NCBI GenBank assembly: GCA_964016885.1
Contig: OZ024744.1
Span: 27,714,001-27,778,000 of the forward strand
Source of the DNA: Eledone cirrhosa
Taxonomy: Eukaryota
Direction of reading: 5' to 3'
DNA: 64,000 nt
Below the pieces are notes generated by a model. The model had not been told where the DNA came from and searched no databases. It saw only the letters and a list, made by a program, of their open reading frames with translations. This document shows positions 1 through 13,040 of the stretch, one piece after another. A program made the position numbers and the translations under genes. Numbering within the stretch: position 1 is the stretch's first letter; each line of letters opens with the position of its first letter.

Positions 1-59
1 TTGTCACTGTTTTTGTTGTTGTCGCTTCTATAACTGTTATTTTCACTATTGCTGTTGTT

Positions 60-1840
60 GTCGCTGTTATCACTGTTATTGTCACTGTTGTTGTTCTCGC
101 TGTTATAACTGTTATTCTCACAGTTGTTGTTGTTCTCGCTGTTATCACTGGTATTGACACTGTTGTTGTTTTTATTGTCACTGTTATAACTGTTATTGTC
201 ACTGTTGTTATTGTTGTTGTCGCTGTTATAACTGTTATTGTCACTGTTGTTGTTGTTGTTCTCGCTGTTATCACTGTTATTGTCATTGTTGTTGTTGTCG
301 CTGTTATCACTGTTATTGTCATTGTGGTTGTTGTCGTTGTTATCACTGTTATTGTCACTGTTGTTGTTGTTCTCGCTGTTATCACTGTTATTGTCACTGT
401 TGCTGTTCTTCTCGCTGTTATAACTGTTATTGTCATTGTTGTTGTTCTTGTTGTTGTCGCTGTTATCACTGTTATTGTCACTGTTTGTTGGTGTCGCTGG
501 TATAACTGTTATTGTCACTGTTGTTTTTGTTGTTGTCGCTGTTATCACTGTTATTGTCACTGTTGTTGTTGTCGCTGTTATAACTGTTATTGTCATTGTT
601 GTTGTTGTCACTGTTATCACTGTTGTTGTCACTGTTCTTGTTCTCGCTGTTATCACTGTTATTGTCATTGTTGTTGTTGTCGCTGTTATCATTGTTATTG
701 TCACTGTTGCTGTTGTTGTCGCTGTTATCTCTGTTATTGTCATTGTTGTTGTCGCTGTTATAACTGTTATTGTCACTGTTGTTGTTGTTGCTGTCGCTGT
801 TATCACTGTTATTGTCATTGTTGCTGTTGTACTCGCTGTTATAACTGTTATTGTCACTGTTGTTGTCGCTGTTATAACTCTTATTGTCACTGTTGTTGTT
901 GTCGCTGTTATCACTGTTATTGTCACAGTTGTTGTTGTCGCTGTTGTCATTGTTATTGTCATTGTCGTTGTTGTCGCTTTTATAACTGTTATTGTCATTG
1001 TAGTTGTTGTTGTCGCTGTTATAACTGTTATTATCACTGTTGTTGTTGTTGTTGCTGTCGGTGTTATAACTGTTATTAGTTACTGTTGTTGTTGTTGTTC
1101 TCGCTGTTACCACTGTTATTGTCAATGTTGTTGTTGTTGTCGCTGTTATAACTGTTATTGTCACTGTTGTTGTTCTCGCTGTTATAACTGTTATTCTCAC
1201 AGTTGTTGTTGTTCTCGCTGTTATCACTGGTATTGACACTGTTGTTGTTTTTATTGTCACTGTTATAACTGTTATTGTCACTGTTGTTATTGTTGTTGTC
1301 GCTGTTATAACTGTTATTGTCACTGTTGTTGTTGTTGTTCTCGCTGTTATCACTGTTATTGTCATTGTTGTTGTTGTCGCTGTTATCACTGTTATTGTCA
1401 TTGTGGTTGTTGTCGCTGTTATCACTGTTATTGTCACTGTTGTTGTTGTTCTCGCTGTTATCACTGTTATTGTCACTGTTGCTGTTCTTCTCGCTGTTAT
1501 AACTGTTATTGTCATTGTTGTTGTTCTTGTTGTTGTCGCTGTTATCACTGTTATTGTCACTGTTTGTTGGTGTCGCTGGTATAACTGTTATTGTCACTGT
1601 TGTTTTTGTTGTTGTCGCTGTTATCACTGTTATTGTCACTGTTGTTGTTGTCGCTGTTATAACTGTTATTGTCATTGTTGTTGTTGTCACTGTTATCACT
1701 GTTGTTGTCACTGTTGTTGTTCTCGCTGTTATCACTGTTATTGTCATTGTTGTTGTTGTCGCTGTTATCATTGTTATTGTCACTGTTGCTGTTGTTGTCG
1801 TTGTTATCTCTGTTATTGTCATTGTTGTTGTCGCTGTTAT
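60..1840. repeat. 1079-bp-period direct duplication (also present at ~9.24-11.02 kb and ~17.33-19.10 kb)
   Basis: The marker GTTTGTTGGTGTCGCTGGT occurs at 483/1562, 9666/10745 and 17750/18829, each pair 1079 bp apart. Identical 61-aa ORFs at 238/1317, 9421/10500 and 17505/18584 confirm the offset. Confidence 0.9.
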
Positions 1841-4800
1841 AACTGTTATTGTCATTGTTGTTGATGCTGTTATAACTGTTACTGTCATTGTTGTTGTTGT
1901 TGTCGCTGTTATCACTGTTATTTTCATTGTTGTTGTTGTCGCTGTTATCACTGTTATTGTCACTGTTGTTGTTGTTGTCGCTGTTATCACTGTTATTGTC
2001 ACTGTTGTTGTTGTTGTCACTGTTATAAATGTTATAGTCACTGTTGTCGTTGTTGTCGCTGTTATCACTGTTATTGTCACTGTTGTTGTTGTTGTTGTTG
2101 TCGCTGTCATAACTGTTCTTTTCACTGTTGTTGTTGTTGTCGCTGTTATAACTGTTATTGTCACTGTTGTTGTCGCTGTTATAACTCTTATTGTCACTGT
2201 TGTTGTTGTTGTCGCTGTTATCACTGTTATTGTCACAGTTGTTGTTGTCGCTGTTATCATTGTTATTGTCATTGTCGTTGTTGTCGCTTTTATAACTGTT
2301 ATTGTCATTATTGTTGTTGTTGTCGCTGTTATAACTGTTATTGTCACTGTTGTTGTTGTTGCTGTCGGTGTTATAACTGTTATTGTCACTGTTGTTATTG
2401 TTGTAGTCGCTGTTATAACTGTTATTGTCACAGTTGTTGTTGTTGTTCTCGCTGTTATCACTGTTATTGTCATTGTTGTTGTTGTCGCTGTTATCACTGT
2501 TATTGTCACTGTTGTTGTTGTTCTCGCTGTTATCACTGTTAGTGTCACTGTTGTTGTTCTTCTCGCTGTTATCACTGTTATTGTCATTGTTGTTGTTGAG
2601 TTCGCTGTTATAACTGTTATTGTCATTGTTGTTGTTGTTGTTGTCGCTGTTATCACTGTTATTGTCACTGTTGTTGTTGTCGCTGGTATAATTGTTATTG
2701 TCACTGTTGTTTTTGTTGTTGTCGCTGTTATCACTGTTATTGTCACTGTTGTTGTTGTCGCTGTTATAACTGTTATTGTCACTGTTGTTGTTGTTGTCAC
2801 TGTTATCACTGTTATTGTCACTGTTGTTGTTGTTCTCGCTGTTATCACTGTTATTGTCATTGTTGTTGTTGTCGCTGTTATCACTGTTATTGTCACTGTT
2901 TCTGTTGTTGTCTCTGTTATCTCTGTTATTGTCATTGTTGTTGTCGCTGTTATAAATGTTATTGTCATTGTTGTTGTTGTTGTTGTTGCTGTTATAACTG
3001 TTACTGTCATTGTTATTGTTGTTGTTGTCGCTGTAATCACTGTTATTTTCATTGTTGTTATTGTCGCTGTTATCACTGTTATTGTCACTGTTGTTGTTGT
3101 TGTTGTTGTCGATTTTATCACTGTTATTGTCACTGTTGTTGTTGTTGTCACTGTTATAAATGTTATTGTCACTGTTGTCGTTGTTGTCGCTGTTATCACT
3201 GTTATTGTCACAGTTGTTGTTGTCGCTGTTGTCATTGTTATTGTCATTGCTGTTGTTGTCGCTTTTATAACTGTTATTGTCATTGTAGTTGTTGTTGCTG
3301 TCGGTGTTATAACTGTTATTAGTTACTGTTGTTGTTGTTGTTCTCGCTGTTACCACTGTTATTGTCAATGTTGTTGTTGTTGTTGTCGCTGTTATAACTC
3401 TTATTGTCACTGTTGTTGTTGTTGTTGTTGTCGTTGTTATCACTGTTAGTGTCATTTTTGTTATGGTCGCTGTTATCACTGTTATTGTCATTGTTGTTGT
3501 TGTTGTTGTCGCTGTTATCACTGTTATTGTCACTGTTGTTGTTATTGTCGCTTCTATAACTGTTATTGTCACTATTGCTGTTGTTGTTGTCGCTGTTATC
3601 ACTCTTATTGTCATTGTTGTTGTCGCTGTTATCACTGTTATTGTCACTGTTGTTTGTCTCGCTGTTATAACTGTTATTCTCACTGTTGTTGTTCTGGCTG
3701 TTATCACTGGTATTGACACTGTTGTTGTTTTTATTGTCGCTGTTAGAACTGTTATTGTCACTGTTGTTATTGTTGTTGTCGCTGTTATAACTGTTATTGT
3801 CACTTTTGTTGTTGTTGTTCTTGCTGTTATCACTGTTATTGTCATTGTTGTTGTTGTCGCTGTTATCACTGTTATTGTCATTGTTGTTGTTGTCGCTGTT
3901 ATCACTGTTATTGTCACTGTTGTTGTTGTTCTCGCTGTTATCACTGTTATAGTCACTGTTGTTGTTCTTCTCGCTGTTATCACTGTTATTGTCATTGTTG
4001 TTGTTGTTGTGTTCGCTGTTATAACTGTTATTGTCATTGTTGTTGTTGTTGTTGTTGTCGCTGTTATCACTGTTATTTTCACTGTTGTTGTTGTCGGTGG
4101 TATAACTGTTATTGTCACTGTTGTTTTTGGTGTTGTCGCTGTTATCACTGTTATTGTCACTGTTGTTGTTGTCGCTGTTATAACTGTTATTGTCACTGTT
4201 GTTGTTGTTGTCACTGTTATCACTGTAATTGTCACTGTTGTTGTTGTTCCCGCTGTTATCACTGTTATTGTCATTGTTGTTGTTGTCGCTGTTATCACTG
4301 TTATTGTCACTGTTGCTGTTGTTGTCGTTGTTATCTCTGTTATTGTCATTGTTGTTGTCGCTGTTATCACTGTTATTGTCACTGTTGTTGTTGTTGTTGT
4401 CGCTGTTATAACTGTTACTGTCATTGTTGTTGTTGTTGTCGCTGGTATCACTGTTATTTTCATTGTTGTTGTTGTCGCTGTTATCACTGTTATTGTCACT
4501 GTTGTTGTTGTTGTTGTCGATGTCATAACTGTTCTTTTCACTGTTGTTGTTGTTCTCGCTGTTATCACTGTTATTGTCACTGTTGTTGTCGCTGTTATCA
4601 CTGTTATTGTCACTGTTATTGTTGTTGTTGCTGTTATCACTGTTATTGTCACTGTTGTAGTTGTTGTCGCTGTTATAACTGTTATTGTCACTGTTGTTGT
4701 TGTTGCTGTCGCTGTTATCACTGTTATTGTCATTGTTGTTGTTATTGTGGCTGTTATCACTGTTATTGTCACTGTTGTTGTCGCTGTTATCACTGTTATT

Positions 4801-7800
4801 TTCATTGTTGTTGTTGTTGTTCTCTCTGTTATCACTGTTATTGTCACTGTTATTGTCACTGTTGTTGTTGTTCTCGCTATTATAATGTTATTGTGAAAGT
4901 TGTTGTTGTCGCTGTTATAACTGTTATTGTCATTGTTGTTGTTGTTGTCGCTGTTATCACTGTTATTAACACTGTTGTTGTTGTTGTTCTCGCTGTTATC
5001 ACTGTTATTGTTACTGTTGTTATTGTCGCTGTTATAACTGTTATTGTCACTGTTGTTGTTGCTGTTGTCGCTGTCATAACTCTTATTGTCACTGTTGTTG
5101 TTGTCGTTGTTATCACTGTTATTGTCATTAATGTTGTTCTCGGTGTTATCACTGGTATTGACACTGTTGTTGTTGTTGTTGTCGCTGTTATAACTGTTAT
5201 TGTCTCTGTTGATGTTGTTGTTGTCGCTGTTATAACTGTTATTGTCACTGTTGTTGTTGTCGCTATTATAACTCTTATTGTCACTGTTGTTGTTGTTGTC
5301 GTCGTTGTTATCACTGTTATTGTCATTATTGTTGTTGTCGCTGTTATTACTGTTATTGTCATTGTTGTTGTTGTTGTCGCTGTAATCACTGTTATTGTCG
5401 CTGTTGTTGTTGTCGCTGTTATAACTGTTATTGTCACTATTGCTTTTGTAGTCGCTCTTATCACTCTTATTGTCATTGTTGTTGTTGTTCTCGCTGCTAT
5501 CCCTGTTATTGTCATTGTTGTTGTTGTTGTACTCGCTGTTATCACTGTTATTGTCATTGTTGTTGTTGTTGTCGCTGTTATCACTGTTATTGTCACTGTT
5601 TTTGTTGTTGTCGCTATTATCACTGTTATTGTCACTGTTGTTTTTTTTTGTTGTCGCTGTTATCACTGTTATTTTCATTGTTTTTGTTGTTGTTCTCGCA
5701 TTTATCACTGTTATTGTCAGTGTTGTTGTTGTTGTTCTCGCTGTTATCACTGTTGTCGTCACTGTTGTTGTTGTTCTCGCTGTTATCACTGTTATTGTCA
5801 CTGTTGTTGTTCTTCTCGCTGTTATCACTGTTATTGTCATTGTTGTTTTTGTTGTGTTCGCTGTTATAACTGTTATTGTCATTGTTGTTGTTGTTGTTGT
5901 CGCTGTTGTCACTGTTATTGTCACTGTTGTTGTTGGCGCTGGTAAAACTGTTATTGTCACTGTTGTTTTTGTTGTTGTCGCTGTTATCACTGTTATTGTC
6001 ACTGTTGTTGTTGTCGCTGTTATAACTGTTATTGTCACTGTTGTTGTTGTTGTCACTGTTATCACTGTTATTGTCACTGTTGTTGTTGTTCTCGCTGTTG
6101 TCACTGTTATTGTCATTGTTGTTGTTGTCGCTGTTATCTCTGTTATTGTCATTGTTGTTGTCGCTGTTATAACTGTTATTGTCATTGTTGTTGTTGTTGT
6201 TGCTGTTATAACTGTTACTGTCATTGTTGTTGTTATCGCTGTAATCACTGTTATTTTCATTGTTGTTGTTGTCGCTGTTATCACTGTTATTGTCATTGTT
6301 GTTGTTGTTGTTGTCGATTTTATCACTGTTATTGTCACTGTTGTTGTTGTCACTGTTATAAATGTTATTGTCACTGTTGTCGTTGTTGTCGCTGTTATCA
6401 CTGTTATTGTCACTGTTGTTGTTGTTGTTGTTGCTGTCATAACTGTTCTTTTCACTGTTGTTGTTGTTGTTGTCGCTGTTATAAATGTTATTGTCACTGT
6501 TGTTGTCGCTGTTATAACTCTTATTGTCACTGTTGTTGTTGTCGCTGTTATCACTGTTATTGTCACAGTTGTTGTTGTCGCTGTTGTCATTGTTATTGTC
6601 ATTGTCGTTGTTGTCGCTTTTATAACTGTTATTGTCATTGTAGTTGTTGTTGTCGCTGTTATAACTGTTATTATCACTGTTGTTGTTGTTGTTGCTGTCG
6701 GTGTTATAACTGTTATTAGTTACTGTTGTTGTTGTTGTTCTCGCTGTTACCACAGTTATTGTCAATGTTGTTGTTGTTGTCGCTGTTATAACTGTTATTG
6801 TCACTGTTGTTGTTGTTGTTGTCGCTGTTATAACTCTTATTGTCACTGTTGTTGTTGTTGTCGTTATCACTGTTATTGTCATTATTGTTATTGTCGCTGT
6901 TATCACTGTTATTGTCATTGTTGTTGTTGTTGTTGTTGTTGTCGCTGTTATCACTGTTATTGTCACTGTTGTTGTTGTTGCTTCTATAACTGTTATTGTC
7001 ACTATTGCTGTTGTTGTTGTCGCTGTTATCACTCGTATTGTCATTGTTGTTGTCGCTGTTATCACTGTTATTGTCACTGTTGTTGTTCTCGCTGTTATAA
7101 CTGTTATTCTCACTGTTGTTGTTCTGGCTGTTATCACTGGTATTGACAGTGTTGTTGTTTTTATTGTCGCTGTTAGAACTGTTATTGTCACTGTTGTTAT
7201 TGTTGTTGTCGCTGTTATAACTGTTATTGTCACTTTTGTTGTTGTTGTTCTTGCTGTTATCACTGTTATTGTCATTGTTGTTGTTGTCGCTGTTATCACT
7301 GTTATTGTCATTGTTGTTGTCGCTGTTATCACTGTTATTGTCACTGTTGTTGTTCTTCTCGCTGTTATCACTGTTATTGTCACTGTTGTTGTTCTTCTCG
7401 CTGTTATCACTGTTATTGTCATTGTTGTTGTTGTGTTCGCTGTTATAACTGTTATTGTCATTGTTGTTGTTGTTGTTGTTGTTGTCGCTGTTATCACTGT
7501 TATTGTCACTGTTGTTGTTGTCGCTGATATAACTGTTATTGTCACTGTTGTTTTTGTTGTTGTCGCTGTTATCACTGTTATTGTCACTGTTGTTGTTGTT
7601 GTTGTCGATTTTTATCACTGTTATTGTCACTGTTGTTGTTGTTGTCACTGTTATAAATGTTATTGTCACTGTTGTCGTTGTTGTCGCTGTTATCACTGTT
7701 ATTGTCACTGTTGTTGTTGTTGTCGCTGTCATAACTGTTCTTTTCATTGTTGTTGTTGTTGTTGTTCTCGCTGTTATCACTGTTATTGTCACTGTTGTTG

Positions 7801-9914
7801 TCGCTGTTATCACAGTTATTGTCACTGTTGTTATTGTTGTTGTTCCTGTTATCACTGTTATTGTCACTGTTGTAGTTGTTCTGGCTGTTATAACTGTTAT
7901 TGTCACTGTTGTTGTTGTTGTTGCTGTTGCTGTTATCACTGTTATTGTCATTGTTGTTGTTGTGGCTGTTATCACTGTTATTGTCACTGTTGTTGTCGCT
8001 GTTATCACTGTTATTTTCATTGTTGTTGTTGTTGTTCTCTCTGTTATCACTGTTATTGTCACTGTTGTTGTTGTTCTCGCTGTTATAACTGTTATTGTCA
8101 TTGTTGTTGTTGTCGCTGTTATCACTGTTATTAACACTGTTGTTGTTGTTGTTGTTGTTGTTGTTCTCGCTGTTATCACTGTTATTGTCACTGTTGTTGT
8201 TGTCGCTGTTATAACTGTTATTGTCACTGTTGTTTTTGCTGTTGTCGCTGTCATAACTCTTATTGTCACTGTTGTTGTTGTCGTTGTTATCACTGTTATT
8301 GTCATTATTGTTGTTCTCGCTGTTATCATTGGTATTGACACTGTTGTTGTTGTTGTCACTGTTATAACTGTTATTGTCTCTGTTGATGTTGTTGTCGCTG
8401 TTATAATTGTTATTGTCACTGTTGTTGTTGTCGCTATTATAACTCTTATTGTCACTGTTGTTGTTGTTGTCGTCGTTGTTATCACTGTTATTGTCATTAT
8501 TGTTGTTGTCGCTGTTATTCCTGTTATTGTCATTGTTGTTGTTGTTGTCGCTGTTATCACTGTTATTATCGCTGTTATAACTGTTATTGTCACTATTGCT
8601 TTTGTTGTCGCTCTTATCACACTTATTGTCATTGTTGTTATTGTTCTCGCTGCTATCCCTTTTATTGTCATTGTTGTTGTTGTTGTATTCGCTGTTATCA
8701 CTGTTATTGTCATTGTTGTTGTTGTTGTCGCTGTTATCACTGTTATTGTCACTGTTTTTGTTGTTGTCGCTATTATCACTGTTATTGTCACTGTTGTTTT
8801 TGTTGTTGTCGCTGTTATCACTGTTATTTTCATTATTGTTATTGTCGCTGTTATCTCTGTTATTGTCAGTGTTGTTGTTGTTGTTCTCGCTGTTATCAGT
8901 GTTGTCGTCACTGTTGTTGTTGTTGTCGCTGTTATAACTGTTATTGTCACTGTTGTTGTTGTTGCTCTCGCTGTTACCACTGTTATTGTCAATGTTGTTG
9001 TTGTTGTCGCTGTTATAACTGTTATTGTCACTGTTGTTGTTGTTGTTGTCGCTGTTATAACTCTTATTGTCACTGTTGTTGTTATTGTTGTCGTTGTTAT
9101 CACTGTTATTGTCATTATTGTTATTGTCGCTGATATCACTGTTATTGTCATTGTTGTTGTTGTTGTCGCTGTTATCGCTTTTATTGTCACTGTTTTTGTT
9201 GTTGTCGCTTCTATAACTGTTATTTTCACTATTGCTGTTGTTGTCGCTGTTATCACTGTTATTGTCACTGTTGTTGTTCTCGCTGTTATAACTGTTATTC
9301 TCACAGTTGTTGTTGTTCTCGCTGTTATCACTGGTATTGACACTGTTGTTGTTTTTATTGTCACTGTTATAACTGTTATTGTCACTGTTGTTATTGTTGT
9401 TGTCGCTGTTATAACTGTTATTGTCACTGTTGTTGTTGTTGTTCTCGCTGTTATCACTGTTATTGTCATTGTTGTTGTTGTCGCTGTTATCACTGTTATT
9501 GTCATTGTGGTTGTTGTCGTTGTTATCACTGTTATTGTCACTGTTGTTGTTGTTCTCGCTGTTATCACTGTTATTGTCACTGTTGCTGTTCTTCTCGCTG
9601 TTATAACTGTTATTGTCATTGTTGTTGTTCTTGTTGTTGTCGCTGTTATCACTGTTATTGTCACTGTTTGTTGGTGTCGCTGGTATAACTGTTATTGTCA
9701 CTGTTGTTTTTGTTGTTGTCGCTGTTATCACTGTTATTGTCACTGTTGTTGTTGTCGCTGTTATAACTGTTATTGTCATTGTTGTTGTTGTCACTGTTAT
9801 CACTGTTGTTGTCACTGTTCTTGTTCTCGCTGTTATCACTGTTATTGTCATTGTTGTTGTTGTCGCTGTTATCATTGTTATTGTCACTGTTGCTGTTGTT
9901 GTCGCTGTTATCTC

Positions 9915-12900
9915 TGTTATTGTCATTGTTGTTGTCGCTGTTATAACTGTTATTGTCACTGTTGTTGTTGTTGCTGTCGCTGTTATCACTGTTATTGTCA
10001 TTGTTGCTGTTGTACTCGCTGTTATAACTGTTATTGTCACTGTTGTTGTCGCTGTTATAACTCTTATTGTCACTGTTGTTGTTGTCGCTGTTATCACTGT
10101 TATTGTCACAGTTGTTGTTGTCGCTGTTGTCATTGTTATTGTCATTGTCGTTGTTGTCGCTTTTATAACTGTTATTGTCATTGTAGTTGTTGTTGTCGCT
10201 GTTATAACTGTTATTATCACTGTTGTTGTTGTTGTTGCTGTCGGTGTTATAACTGTTATTAGTTACTGTTGTTGTTGTTGTTCTCGCTGTTACCACTGTT
10301 ATTGTCAATGTTGTTGTTGTTGTCGCTGTTATAACTGTTATTGTCACTGTTGTTGTTCTCGCTGTTATAACTGTTATTCTCACAGTTGTTGTTGTTCTCG
10401 CTGTTATCACTGGTATTGACACTGTTGTTGTTTTTATTGTCACTGTTATAACTGTTATTGTCACTGTTGTTATTGTTGTTGTCGCTGTTATAACTGTTAT
10501 TGTCACTGTTGTTGTTGTTGTTCTCGCTGTTATCACTGTTATTGTCATTGTTGTTGTTGTCGCTGTTATCACTGTTATTGTCATTGTGGTTGTTGTCGCT
10601 GTTATCACTGTTATTGTCACTGTTGTTGTTGTTCTCGCTGTTATCACTGTTATTGTCACTGTTGCTGTTCTTCTCGCTGTTATAACTGTTATTGTCATTG
10701 TTGTTGTTCTTGTTGTTGTCGCTGTTATCACTGTTATTGTCACTGTTTGTTGGTGTCGCTGGTATAACTGTTATTGTCACTGTTGTTTTTGTTGTTGTCG
10801 CTGTTATCACTGTTATTGTCACTGTTGTTGTTGTCGCTGTTATAACTGTTATTGTCATTGTTGTTGTTGTCACTGTTATCACTGTTGTTGTCACTGTTGT
10901 TGTTCTCGCTGTTATCACTGTTATTGTCATTGTTGTTGTTGTCGCTGTTATCATTGTTATTGTCACTGTTGCTGTTGTTGTCGTTGTTATCTCTGTTATT
11001 GTCATTGTTGTTGTCGCTGTTATCACTGTTATTGTCACTGTTGTTGTTGTTGTTGTCGATGTCATAACTGTTCTTTTCACTGTTGTTGTTGTTCTCGCTG
11101 TTATCACTGTTATTGTCACTGTTGTTGTCGCTGTTATCACTGTTATTGTCACTGTTATTGTTGTTGTTGCTGTTATCACTGTTATTGTCACTGTTGTAGT
11201 TGTTGTCGCTGTTATAACTGTTATTGTCACTGTTGTTGTTGTTGCTGTCGCTGTTATCACTGTTATTGTCATTGTTGTTGTTATTGTGGCTGTTATCACT
11301 GTTATTGTCACTGTTGTTGTCGCTGTTATCACTGTTATTTTCATTGTTGTTGTTGTTGTTCTCTCTGTTATCACTGTTATTGTCACTGTTATTGTCACTG
11401 TTGTTGTTGTTCTCGCTATTATAATGTTATTGTGAAAGTTGTTGTTCTCGCTATTATAATGTTATTGTGAAAGTTGTTGTTGTCGCTGTTATAACTGTTA
11501 TTGTCATTGTTGTTGTCGCTGTTATAACTGTTATTGTCACTGTTGTTGTTGTTGCTGTCGCTGTTATCACTGTTATTGTCATTGTTGCTGTTGTACTCGC
11601 TGTTATAACTGTTATTGTCACTGTTGTTGTCGCTGTTATAACTCTTATTGTCACTGTTGTTGTTGTCGCTGTTATCACTGTTATTGTCACAGTTGTTGTT
11701 GTCGCTGTTGTCATTGTTATTGTCATTGTCGTTGTTGTCGCTTTTATAACTGTTATTGTCATTGTAGTTGTTGTTGTCGCTGTTATAACTGTTATTATCA
11801 CTGTTGTTGTTGTTGTTGCTGTCGGTGTTATAACTGTTATTAGTTACTGTTGTTGTTGTTGTTCTCGCTGTTACCACTGTTATTGTCAATGTTGTTGTTG
11901 TTGTCGCTGTTATAACTGTTATTGTCACTGTTGTTGTTCTCGCTGTTATAACTGTTATTCTCACAGTTGTTGTTGTTCTCGCTGTTATCACTGGTATTGA
12001 CACTGTTGTTGTTTTTATTGTCACTGTTATAACTGTTATTGTCACTGTTGTTATTGTTGTTGTCGCTGTTATAACTGTTATTGTCACTGTTGTTGTTGTT
12101 GTTCTCGCTGTTATCACTGTTATTGTCATTGTTGTTGTTGTCGCTGTTATCACTGTTATTGTCATTGTGGTTGTTGTCGCTGTTATCACTGTTATTGTCA
12201 CTGTTGTTGTTGTTCTCGCTGTTATCACTGTTATTGTCACTGTTGCTGTTCTTCTCGCTGTTATAACTGTTATTGTCATTGTTGTTGTTCTTGTTGTTGT
12301 CGCTGTTATCACTGTTATTGTCACTGTTTGTTGGTGTCGCTGGTATAACTGTTATTGTCACTGTTGTTTTTGTTGTTGTCGCTGTTATCACTGTTATTGT
12401 CACTGTTGTTGTTGTCGCTGTTATAACTGTTATTGTCATTGTTGTTGTTGTCACTGTTATCACTGTTGTTGTCACTGTTGTTGTTCTCGCTGTTATCACT
12501 GTTATTGTCATTGTTGTTGTTGTCGCTGTTATCATTGTTATTGTCACTGTTGCTGTTGTTGTCGTTGTTATCTCTGTTATTGTCATTGTTGTTGTCGCTG
12601 TTATCACTGTTATTGTCACTGTTGTTGTTGTTGTTGTCGATGTCATAACTGTTCTTTTCACTGTTGTTGTTGTTCTCGCTGTTATCACTGTTATTGTCAC
12701 TGTTGTTGTCGCTGTTATCACTGTTATTGTCACTGTTATTGTTGTTGTTGCTGTTATCACTGTTATTGTCACTGTTGTAGTTGTTGTCGCTGTTATAACT
12801 GTTATTGTCACTGTTGTTGTTGTTGCTGTCGCTGTTATCACTGTTATTGTCATTGTTGTTGTTATTGTGGCTGTTATCACTGTTATTGTCACTGTTGTTG

Positions 12901-13040
12901 TCGCTGTTATCACTGTTATTTTCATTGTTGTTGTTGTTGTTCTCTCTGTTATCACTGTTATTGTCACTGTTATTGTCACTGTTGTTGTTGTTCTCGCTAT
13001 TATAATGTTATTGTGAAAGTTGTTGTTGTCGCTGTTATAA
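9915..13040. repeat. 1581-bp-period tandem duplication spanning the junction of the 6.5-kb duplication
   Basis: Markers offset by exactly 1581 bp: GTACTC 10012/11593, ATTAGTTACT 10258/11839, GTTTGTTGGT 10745/12326, GTCGATGTC 11055/12636 and CTCGCTATTATAAT 11412/12993. Confidence 0.92.
11412..11481. repeat. Exact tandem doubling of a 35-bp aberrant monomer CTCGCTATTATAATGTTATTGTGAAAGTTGTTGTT
   Basis: Copies start at 11412 and 11447. Single copies occur at 4873 and 12993. Confidence 0.95.

Noticed and set aside
324-1864. Cys/Tyr/His-rich translations as metallothionein or keratin-associated proteins
   Set aside because: This is the shifted reading of (GTT)n as TGT. It is entered through indels and ends at sporadic variants.
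4881-4886. TATAAT (-10 box-like) and the many TATAA motifs as promoters
   Set aside because: These are chance products of monomer variants, with no -35 element or downstream gene.
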